Source of the DNA: Acidobacteriota bacterium
GTDB lineage: Bacteria > Acidobacteriota > Polarisedimenticolia > Gp22-AA2
Length of the DNA: 64,000 bases
NCBI GenBank assembly: GCA_046758905.1
Contig: JBHIBC010000005.1
Coordinates: forward strand, 4,656 to 68,655
Reading direction: 5' to 3'
Part shown: in pieces, positions 47,900-57,900 of the stretch
Position numbering within the stretch: position 1 is the first letter of the stretch
Layout: every line of letters begins with the position of its first letter
Notes under the pieces: model-generated
What the model was told of the DNA's origin: nothing
Seen by the model: only the letters and a program-made list of their open reading frames with translations
The model's database searches: none
Program-made: the position numbers and the translations under genes

Positions 47900-48886
47900 C
47901 TACCGGCCCCGGGCCCGCAGGATCTGCTCGACCAGCCTCCCGATCCCGGGCCGGTCCGCCGCGTCCAGGACCACGACCACGAGCTCCCCGGCGGCGCGCG
48001 CCGCGGCCCAGGTGCCGTCCGCGCGCCGGCCGACCCCATCCGCGTCGGCGGCCGGCAGGTATCCGGACAGAAACCCCGCCAGGGCGCGCCGGGCCCGTGC
48101 CGCCGACGGGTAGCGGACCACCATGAGCGTGAACGAGCCCGTCCCCGCCCCGCCGGATCCCCCCCCGGTGCCGCGGTAGCGCGCCAGGATCCCTTCCGTC
48201 TCGCCGTCGAGCAGGAGCAGGTTGTCCTCGGCGAGCGCGCAGCGCGTGTTCAGGTAAGTCCAATCGTGGAAGTAGGACACCCGGGCGGGGTCGAGCCCCT
48301 CCGCGGGCAGCAGCCGGAGCACCTCCGGCGCCGCGCCGGGACGCGGGATGCGCCCGGCTATCGCCCGGCCGAGCGCCAGCATCGCCTCCCGCGCCGGCCC
48401 CGTGTCGTCGAGGGCGACGATGGAGACGAAGAAGCGCCCCTTCCGGAAGGCGAGCGCGCCGCCCCCGATCTCGGACTCGTCGCCGATGCCCGGGTCCCGC
48501 CCGTCGCGCATGTCGTGGTGGTAGGCGCCGAAGGCGTCCCGGGAGGACCCCATGTCGAAGACGTCGACGAGGATGTCGGGCGCGCCGCGCCTGCCGTAGC
48601 GCCGGCTCGCCACCCGGCGGACGTTGAAGGCGCGGTACACCTCGGCGCCGCCGTCGATGAGATCGAACAGCGTCTCGGAGCTGTAGAGCCTGTCTTCCCC
48701 CACGGGCGAGTAGCCGAGCGCCCCGGCGGGAAGCAGGGCGGCCGGGCCGGCGGCTGCGGGACGGGTCGGGCCCGCCCCGGCGCTGCCCCGCGCGGCGGAC
48801 GGCGCACACAGGATCAGGATGCACGCCAGCGCCGCCGCTCTGGCGGCCCGGGACGGTGCCTGGCTGCGGGACATCGGTGAGCGCAC
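47900..48886 (-). CDS. Hypothetical exported protein
   Basis: 328 aa; N-terminal signal peptide LACILILCAPSAARG; no recognisable catalytic motif. Confidence 0.45.
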   Translation of the reverse strand: MRSPMSRSQAPSRAARAAALACILILCAPSAARGSAGAGPTRPAAAGPAALLPAGALGYSPVGEDRLYSSETLFDLIDGGAEVYRAFNVRRVASRRYGRRGAPDILVDVFDMGSSRDAFGAYHHDMRDGRDPGIGDESEIGGGALAFRKGRFFVSIVALDDTGPAREAMLALGRAIAGRIPRPGAAPEVLRLLPAEGLDPARVSYFHDWTYLNTRCALAEDNLLLLDGETEGILARYRGTGGGSGGAGTGSFTLMVVRYPSAARARRALAGFLSGYLPAADADGVGRRADGTWAAARAAGELVVVVLDAADRPGIGRLVEQILRARGR

Positions 48887-49030
48887 GCTACCATCCGCTT
48901 CGCGAGGGTGTCAAGGCGGCGACCCGCCGCGCCGCGCCGTCCGGAGCCGGCCGCGGGAGCCGCTCAGGCCCGAACGGCGCTTGCTGGAGGGCGGCGGCCG
49001 ACGTATAGTTCGGGGCATCAGCCCCCGAAA

Positions 49031-50737
49031 GTGGTGATTCGAGCCGTGCTGAATCGGGCCGTGGCACGTGATCGCGCGGCGCGGCTTCTCGTCGCGACCG
49101 CGCTTTTGTGCCAGCTCCCCGGCTGCGCCCGGGACGCCGAGGACGGTCCCGGCCCCGATCCGCCCGGCCGCACCGGAGGGAGCCTCCGCCTGGACGCGCC
49201 CCAGCTCGACCAGCTGAGGAGCCTTGACCCCGTGCGGGTCACCGACGTCAACAGCGGCTCGGTCGCGGCGGCGATCTACGAGGGCCTGCTGGGCTATTCG
49301 CCGGACTCCCCGGGCCACCTGGTCCCGCTGCTCGCCTCGTGGTGGGAGACGTCGGAGGAGGGCAGGGTCTGGACCTTCGGCCTGCGCGACGGGGTCCGCT
49401 TTCACGACGACCCCTGCTTCGAGGGCGGCCGGGGACGGCCCGTGACGGTCGAGGACGTGCGCGACTCGATCGTCCGGAGCCTGAGAGAGGGCGAGCGGGC
49501 CGCCCCGCTGTCGCTGCGCGACCTCATCGAGGGCGCCGGCGATCTCGGGGGCGGTCCGTCGGGCGAGGTCCCGGGCATAGAGATCGTGGACGAGACGACG
49601 ATCCGCTTCAGGATCGTGCGGGCCAGCGACGCCTTTCCGCACGCCCTCGCGACCTCGGCCGGCTGGGTGGTCCCGTGGGAGGCCCTGCGGCGGTACGGGG
49701 CCGGGTTCGGCCACCATCCGGTCGGGACCGGGCCGTTCCGCCTGGCCGGCTGGAACACCGAGACGATGGTGCTGGTGCGCAACGACCACTACTGGAGGAC
49801 GGACGCGGACGGAAGACGCCTCCCCTATCTCGACAGCATCGTCATGCGGCGCGGCGAGTTCTCCGGCCGCCGGCGCACGGTGCTGTCCGCCCTGCTGGAC
49901 GGGAGCCTCCACGCCGTGTACTTCACGGGGGAGCTCGACTGGGCGGAGTTCGGCCGCCTCTCCGAGTTCATGGGGGACAGGGGGGTCGGGACCGTCCGCA
50001 CGCCGAAGTTAAATACCATCTTCTACGGTTGGAACATGGCCCGGGACAACGTCTGGACGCGCCACCCCGAGCTGCGTCGCGCTGTGTTCCACGCGGTGAA
50101 CCGGCCGGCGCCGACCGACCTGATGGAGCCCGCCTCGGGCCTCCTCCCTCCGGGGCTCACCGAGTGCGCCGCGACCGAGCCGGCCCGGCGGGATCCGCGC
50201 CGCGCCCGCGAGCTGCTCCGCGAGGCCGGGTTTCCCGGGGGCCGGGGCCTGCCGCCGCTGCGGATCGGAGCCGTGGGCAGGACCGAGTACCTGCTGCGCA
50301 ACGTCCTCGAGCCCCTGGAGGAGGTCGGGATCGAGACCGATGTCCGGGTCACTCCCTGGGACCTTCACTGGGAGGCCCTCGAGCGCGGGGAGTACGAGTT
50401 CTTCCGGGACGGGTGGATCGCCGACTACCCCGACCCGGGGAACTTCTACCAGCTCTTCTACTCCGGCTCGGCCATGAACCACACCCGCTACTCCGACCCG
50501 ACCTACGACCGGCTGTTCGAGCGGTTCCAGGCGCTGCCCGCCGACAGCCCCGAGAGGCGCCGGATCTGCGCCCGGCTGGAGGCCATCCTGCGCCGGGACT
50601 GCCCGGCGGTCTTCCTCTATCACGAGCGATCGGTCTATCTGGTGCGGCGCGAGGTCCGAAACGTCGACGCCTTCGTCAATCCGTTCGAGCGCAAGTTCTA
50701 CGAGCTGGTGTGGCTGGATCGAGGGGCGCGGCCGTGA
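49031..50737 (+). CDS. Periplasmic solute-binding protein, family 5 (OppA/DppA/NikA-like), lipoprotein; no ABC permease or ATPase genes adjacent
   Basis: Lipobox LLCQLPGCA; SBP_bac_5 pattern (...RLPYLDSIV..., ...NHTRYSDPTYDRL..., ...AVFLYHERSVYLVRREVRN...). Start codon uncertain (GTG 49031/49034; the ORF opens at 48908). Stop overlaps the HK start (GTGA). Confidence 0.75.
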   Translation: MVIRAVLNRAVARDRAARLLVATALLCQLPGCARDAEDGPGPDPPGRTGGSLRLDAPQLDQLRSLDPVRVTDVNSGSVAAAIYEGLLGYSPDSPGHLVPLLASWWETSEEGRVWTFGLRDGVRFHDDPCFEGGRGRPVTVEDVRDSIVRSLREGERAAPLSLRDLIEGAGDLGGGPSGEVPGIEIVDETTIRFRIVRASDAFPHALATSAGWVVPWEALRRYGAGFGHHPVGTGPFRLAGWNTETMVLVRNDHYWRTDADGRRLPYLDSIVMRRGEFSGRRRTVLSALLDGSLHAVYFTGELDWAEFGRLSEFMGDRGVGTVRTPKLNTIFYGWNMARDNVWTRHPELRRAVFHAVNRPAPTDLMEPASGLLPPGLTECAATEPARRDPRRARELLREAGFPGGRGLPPLRIGAVGRTEYLLRNVLEPLEEVGIETDVRVTPWDLHWEALERGEYEFFRDGWIADYPDPGNFYQLFYSGSAMNHTRYSDPTYDRLFERFQALPADSPERRRICARLEAILRRDCPAVFLYHERSVYLVRREVRNVDAFVNPFERKFYELVWLDRGARP

Positions 50738-52578
50738 AGCGGCGGATGCAGCGCAACCTGGTGCTGCTGTTTCTCGGCTCCTCGGCGGTGCCCCTGGCCG
50801 TGGTGGCGGGGATCGGGTACTACGTCTCGACGCGCTCCATCGTGTCGATGGTGAGGCGGCGGGCCGCCTTCTCCTGTAAGGAGATCGACCGGCGCTTCAC
50901 GCGGCGGATGCGCAGGGTCGAGGACCAGTTCCAGCTGGTCGCCGGCGGCGGGGGCACCCTGCCGGGGGAGTGGGAGGCGCGGGCACGGCTGCGGGACGGC
51001 CGGGCGGAGTTCTACGTCGAGGACCTCGTCCTGGAGGCGGGCCTCGACCGGAGGTTCACGCGCCTCGTGATCCTGGACGCCGACGGCGCCCCGCGCTACA
51101 AGATCGACTATCGCCGCGTGCCGGTGCGGGGACCCGGCGGCCCGCGCTACTTCCTGCAGACCGCCCGCTTCCGGCCGGAGGACGCACGGGGCTACGAGGA
51201 GGCGGCGCGGCTCGGGCCCTCCGAGACCCGCGTGCTGCTGCCGGGCCCGGACGCCGGGACCATGGTGATCCGCCTGGCCACCCCCCTGTTCTCGGGGCGG
51301 CGGCGCCTCGGCACGCTGCTGGCCGACTTCGACGCGGCGGGCATCCTGGAGTCGGTGATCGGGGGCATGAGCCTCGGCAAGGACGCGTTCCACTTCCTGG
51401 TCGATTCGAGAAGCGGCGTGCTCCTGTCCCACCCGGACTACTCGCGCAGGAACCAGCTCCTGGCGGTGGCCATGCCCTCCCTCGGCCCGGACTTCCTCGG
51501 CGGGCGGGCGGACGGATGGGCGAGATTCCGCGACGCCGGCGGGCAGGAGTGGATCGTCTCCCGGCGCAGGCTGGCGGGCACGCCCTGGGTGGTCGCGGTG
51601 GCGGGCCCTTTGGGCTCCTTCCTCGCGCCGATCCAAAGGGTCGGGCGGCTGCTCCTGTTGCTGGTCCTCTTCGTCCTGACCGGGGCCTCCCTGGTGATCC
51701 TCCTGGCGACCAGGCGGTTCCGGCGCTCGCTGGCCTCGCTGACCGCGGCGGCGCAGTCGTTCTCATCGGGCGACCTGAGCCGGCGGGTGGAGGTGCGCTC
51801 GGACGACGAGATGGGGGCGCTAGGGCGCACTCTCAACAGCATGGCGCGCGACCTCCGGCGGGAGATCGAGCGGAGGGAGCAGAGCGCCCGCATCGAGTCG
51901 TTCAACCGGCTGGCGGCGGCGGTCGCCCACGACCTCAAGAGCTCCCTCTTCAGCCTGTCGCTCCTGCTGGACAATCTCGACCGGCACGCGGGCGAGCGGC
52001 AGTTCATGAAGGACTCCGCGCTGACCATCCGCAAGGCGCTCGAGAAGCTGAAGAAGACCAGCGAGAGGTTGGCGTGCCCCCCGTCGGGCGCCGCGGTGCG
52101 CCTCGAGCCGCTGGAGCTGTCGTCGCTTCTTCGGGCCGCCCTCGACGAGTCGGGCGCCGGGCGCCGCCCCGGGCTGCGGGTCGAGGCGGACCTGCCGGAG
52201 GGGGTGAGCGCCCTCGGCGAGCGGGAGGAGACCGGGAGGCTGTTCCTGAACCTGGTGCAGAACGCCGTGGAGGCGATGCCCGGCGGGGGCACCCTGCGCC
52301 TCTCGTGCAGGCGAGTCGAGGATCGGGCCGGCGGCGCGGCCTGGGCGGAGGTCACGGTGGAGGATTCGGGCGCCGGGATGTCGTCCGACTTCCTGCGCCG
52401 GAGGCTGTACCGCCCGTTCGCCAGCACCAAGGCCGGGGGGATCGGGCTCGGCCTGTATACCTGCCGGGAGATCGTCGAGCGCCACGGGGGCCGGATCGAG
52501 GTGCGGAGCGAGCCGGCCCGGGGGAGCGTGTTCCACGTCCGGCTGCCCGCCCCGGCCGCGCGGGCGACCCACGCATGA
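50734..52578 (+). CDS. Sensor histidine kinase with periplasmic Cache-like domain, HAMP, HisKA, HATPase_c
   Basis: TM1 LVLLFLGSSAVPLAVVAGIGYYV, about 270-aa periplasmic domain, TM2 LLLLLVLFVLTGASLVILLA, HAMP, H-box AAVAHDLKSSL, N/G boxes (NLVQNAVEAM, DSGAGM, GGIGLGL). Alternative start ATG 50746. Confidence 0.8.
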   Translation: MKRRMQRNLVLLFLGSSAVPLAVVAGIGYYVSTRSIVSMVRRRAAFSCKEIDRRFTRRMRRVEDQFQLVAGGGGTLPGEWEARARLRDGRAEFYVEDLVLEAGLDRRFTRLVILDADGAPRYKIDYRRVPVRGPGGPRYFLQTARFRPEDARGYEEAARLGPSETRVLLPGPDAGTMVIRLATPLFSGRRRLGTLLADFDAAGILESVIGGMSLGKDAFHFLVDSRSGVLLSHPDYSRRNQLLAVAMPSLGPDFLGGRADGWARFRDAGGQEWIVSRRRLAGTPWVVAVAGPLGSFLAPIQRVGRLLLLLVLFVLTGASLVILLATRRFRRSLASLTAAAQSFSSGDLSRRVEVRSDDEMGALGRTLNSMARDLRREIERREQSARIESFNRLAAAVAHDLKSSLFSLSLLLDNLDRHAGERQFMKDSALTIRKALEKLKKTSERLACPPSGAAVRLEPLELSSLLRAALDESGAGRRPGLRVEADLPEGVSALGEREETGRLFLNLVQNAVEAMPGGGTLRLSCRRVEDRAGGAAWAEVTVEDSGAGMSSDFLRRRLYRPFASTKAGGIGLGLYTCREIVERHGGRIEVRSEPARGSVFHVRLPAPAARATHA

Positions 52579-52582
52579 CGGG

Positions 52583-52708
52583 GGCGCGGACGGCGGCGGT
52601 GCGGGCGACGGCGGCGCGGATGACGGCGGCACGGACGGCGGCGGTGCGGACGGCGGCGGTGCGGGCGACGGCGGCGCGGATGACGACGGCGCGGGCGACG
52701 GCGGCGCG
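52583..52708. repeat. Imperfect 15-nt tandem repeat (GACGGCGGCGGTGCG-like, about 8 copies; two 45-nt super-units) in the HK to RR intergenic region
   Basis: Direct inspection: gacggcggcggtgcgggc/gacggcggcgcggatgac/ggcggcacg... repeats twice. Ends immediately at the bEBP ATG (52712), which has no obvious SD. Confidence 0.6.
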
Positions 52709-52711
52709 GAC

Positions 52712-54103
<1,392 letters not shown>

Positions 54104-54128
54104 GCGGCCCGCGCCCGCCGGTCTTCCT

Positions 54129-54300
54129 GATCGCCGCGCTTGCCCGGCGCGCGACCGTCCCGATCGCCGCGCTTGCCCGCCCGCTGTCCTCCCGGCCGTC
54201 GCGCTTGCTCGCCCGCGCTCCTCGCGGCCGCCGGCTCTCGCGCCCGCGATCGTCCCGATCGGCACGGCTCCGGCGCCGCTGATCGTCCCGAACGGGACGG
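54129..54300. promoter_or_regulatory. Cluster of direct repeats, candidate enhancer (UAS) sites upstream of the sigma54 promoter
   Basis: GATCGCCGCGCTTGCCCG twice (about 54129 and 54162), variant GTCGCGCTTGCTCGCCCG (about 54198), and GATCGTCCCGATCGGCACGG / GATCGTCCCGAACGGGACGG (about 54249 and 54281). 110-280 bp upstream of the -24/-12 element. Confidence 0.35.
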
Positions 54301-54408
54301 CCGGTCCCGCGCCGCGCCTGCCCGGATCGCCGTCGCCGCGCGGCGGGAGCGGCCCAACCCTCCACGGGGCGATAAGTTGCGGCCGCGGCGGCCGGGCCGC
54401 CCGCGCGC

Positions 54409-54425
54409 CTGGCACGCCGCGTGCT
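54409..54425 (+). promoter_or_regulatory. Sigma-54 (RpoN) -24/-12 promoter: CTGGCACGccgcgTGCT
   Basis: Matches the YTGGCACGr-N3-TTGCW consensus at 16/17 positions, with exact GG to GC spacing (GG 54411-12, GC 54423-24). 46 nt upstream of the receiver gene and directly downstream of the bEBP gene. Confidence 0.6.
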
Positions 54426-54481
54426 GGAAGGACCAGAGGACGGCCCGCCTCGGCGACGAGGTCGAGCGAGCGGGAGGGACC

Positions 54482-54853
54482 GTGGGCGGGAAGACCAGAG
54501 TCCTGATCGTCGATGACGACCCGGAGGTCCTGAGCCAGCTCCGCTGGGCGCTGCGGGAGGAGTTCGACCTGCTGCTGGCGGCCAGCCCCCCGGAGGTCGA
54601 GGCGCTGCTGCTCGAGGCGAGCCCGCCGGCGGCCGCGCTGGTCGACCTGCACCTGCCGCCCGAGACCTCGTCCATCGACGGGGGTATCGCCGTCATCCGC
54701 GCGCTGAGGAGGGCCTCCGCCGCCACCCGGATCGTCGCCATCTCCGCCTACCCGAGCGAGGACTCGGACCGGCGTTCCCGCTCCGCGGGGGCGTCGATGC
54801 TGCTGAGCAAGCCGGTGCGGCGCGCGCGGCTTCTGGAGCTGCTGGGCGGATGA
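54482..54853 (+). CDS. Response regulator, receiver (CheY-like) domain only
   Basis: GTG start with GGGAGGG just upstream. VLIVDDD...D(LLLAA)...LVDLHLPP phospho-acceptor Asp, ...VIALSAYPS.. and K in LLSKP: a complete REC fold with no output domain. Confidence 0.7.
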   Translation: MGGKTRVLIVDDDPEVLSQLRWALREEFDLLLAASPPEVEALLLEASPPAAALVDLHLPPETSSIDGGIAVIRALRRASAATRIVAISAYPSEDSDRRSRSAGASMLLSKPVRRARLLELLGG

Positions 54854-54932
54854 GCCGCTTTATCACGTCACGAACGCCGCAATCGCCGTTGGGCGGGTGA
54901 GGTTTCCGATGGTCGCCAATCAGAGGAGCGAG

Positions 54933-57900
54933 ATGAAGGTCACACGACGCGTCGCTCGGGCGCGTGCCGCCTGGGCGATCCCGCTGACGGCCCTGCTCCT
55001 GTTCGCCCTCGGGGGGCGCGCGCCGGTCGAGAGGGACGAGCACGGGCGCATCCGGAACAGGCCTGTTCGCAGGGTGGAGCTGCAGGGGATCAGGGTCACG
55101 CTCGAGCAGCTGCAGCGCATCGACGCGCAGCTCGGGAAGCCCGAGCGCAGGGTCATTCCGTTCATGGAGCGGCCGGCACCAACGGAGCTTTCCGAGCCGG
55201 CGTCCTCCTCTCCGGCGCCGTCGGAGGGGAGAAGCCTCGAGCGCGAGCCGAGTCCGCGGGAGCCCGGCGCCGGCCCGCCCCAGGCACAGGGGGCGGAGCA
55301 GGGAGGATATGAATCGGCCGCCTCCCCGGCGGCGGCGCCTCTGGCCAACGATTTCCCGGGCATGAAGGACGATCTGACGGTGATCCCGCCCGACACCCAC
55401 GGGGCCGCCGGTCCCGACTTCCTCGTGAGCGTCCTCAACCGCGGCTTCGCCGTCTTCGACAAGGCGACCGGGACGATCGTCTTCGGGCCGATCTCCCTGC
55501 AGGCGTTCTGGGCCCCCCTGGGCACGGCGCCCGGGGATCCGGCGAGCGATCCATTCGATCCGAGGGTGATCTACGACCAGTACGCCGGCCGGTTCATCGT
55601 CACCTCGGCCGGCGGACGCTGCGGTCCCGCCTCCTGGATCCTGGTGGCGATCTCGATCTCGAGCGACCCGAACGCGGGGTTCACCCTGTACGCCGTCCGG
55701 GCGGACGCGACGACCCCGGGGCAGTGGGCGGACTATCCTGCGGTCGGCGTCAATCCCGACAACATCTACATCACCGCCAACATGTTCGACAACGCCGGCA
55801 GCTGCCCCCGGGGCGCCGCCTCTCACCCCGCCAAGTTCTGGGCGATCGAGAAGGCCGCGCTTGTGGGCGGAACGCTCGCGTTCAGCGAGTTCATCGATGT
55901 CGTCGGCGGCGGGACGTGGCAGCCCACCCACGCCTTCGGCCCGACCCCGGTCAACTACATCATCAACGAGGGATGGTCGGTGAGCCCCGGCACGAGGCAG
56001 CTGCGCATCCAGGAGTTCTCGGGCCCGGTCGGATCGCCGATCCTCACGGATCTCGGCTTCATCCAGGTCGCCCGCTACGGCCTGGACCTGATCGAGGACG
56101 CCCCGCAGCTCAACTGCTCGGCGAGGATCGAGACGAACGACTTTCGGCTGCTCGACGCCGTCCTCAGGAACAACAAGATCTGGGCGACGCACCACGTGGA
56201 CGACCCGGTCGCGGACGGCGTCGGGAGGACGGAGGTCGCCTGGTACGAGATCGATCCGACCCAGGCGATGCCGTCTCCCGGCCCCTTCGCCGGCCCGATC
56301 CAGCAGGGACGGGTGAGCGGCGGCCCCCCCGCGGGCCTCAGGTACTACTACCCGTCCATCGCGGTGAACGCCGCCGAGTGCGTGGCGCTGGGGTTCTCGG
56401 GGTCGGACGGCTTCAACCCCGCGAGCGGCTTCTACACCTCGCGGGAGCCGAACGATCCGCCCGGAACGATGGGCCCGGTCTCGCCCCTCAAGGGCGGGGT
56501 GGATCCCTACTTCAAGGAGTTCCTCCCGCCGCTGTGCGCGGTGAGCGTCCAGTTCGAGGCGGAGCCCCCGCCCCCTCCCCCCCCGCCGAACCAGTTCGTG
56601 GTCGGGTCGACCATCTTCGACCCGGGCGCGATCATGACCGTCACTCCCTTCTTCTTCAGCGACGGCACGCAGTTCAGCGGCGGGTACGCCGAGATCTCCC
56701 TGGCGAACCAGGCGCTGGGGACGGGCCAGGAGCTGGCCATCAACAACGTCAACATCGACTTCAGCTTCAGCTGCACCGAGGGCGCGACGATCCCCAACCT
56801 GACGCTGAAGTACGCCGAGCTCGGCGGCAACATCAATATGGAGATCAACGGCGACTTCAGGAACTTCCAGGACTTCATCAACGTCAGCGGGCTGGTCATC
56901 GGCGGCGTCCGGGTCACCGCCACGGACTTCGGCCCGCCCGGCAACGGTCCCGGGATCCTCTCCCTCCAGGGGACGATCTTCTCCTTCAGCCTCGGCGGTC
57001 AGGAGCTGTGGATCGACGACGTCAGGAGCTCGCTCGCGGCGTTCACGAGGAACCGCTGGGGCGATTACAGCGCCACGGTGATCGACCCGAGCGACGGGAG
57101 CTTCTGGACCATCCAGGAGTACGCCGAGCAGGAGCTGGCGCCGGGGTGCAACGCCCCCGACACCGGCGTGTGGGGGACCTGGTGGGGCAACTTCGCCTGC
57201 GCGGCGATCCCCTGCAGCGTCGACGCCGACTGCGACGACGGGGTCTTCTGCAACGGCGCCGAGGTCTGCCAGAACGGCCTCTTCTGCGGGCCCGGCACAC
57301 GGCCTTCCTGCGACGACGGGAACCCCTGCACGATCGACAGCTGCGACACCGGCTCCGACTCGTGCCTGAACGCTCCCGCCCCCGACACGGAGAGAGCCGC
57401 GGGTGCCGACGGCAACTGCGACACGGCGGACGACAACCTGGATCTCTTCGGTCCCGACGGCCTCTGCGGCACGAGCGACGACGGAGCGGGGGACGGCACC
57501 TGCGACGCCGTCGACAACTGCCCGGGCAGGTACAACCCCGGCCAGGAGGACGCCGACCGGGACGGGCTCGGGGACGTCTGCGACGCCGATCCGTGTCCGG
57601 CCGGGCTCGTCTACGTGACCGAGTCGGGCGGCGCCAGTGGAGAGCTGTCGGTGGTCGACCTCCTCACGGGGACCGTCTCGGTCATAACGAGCGGGCTCTC
57701 CGGCCCGAGCGGGGTCTCCCTCAACACGGCCGGGACCAAGGCCTACGTTTCGGAGTCGGGCGGCCAGCAGCTGCTGGAGATCGATCTCGCGACCGGCGTG
57801 CCCAGCTTCATTTACGGGCAGTGGCCCCAGGAGGGGGTGGCCGTCTGCGACCTCGGGACCCACGGCTACGTGACCGAGGTCGTGATGGGCAACGCCGGCG

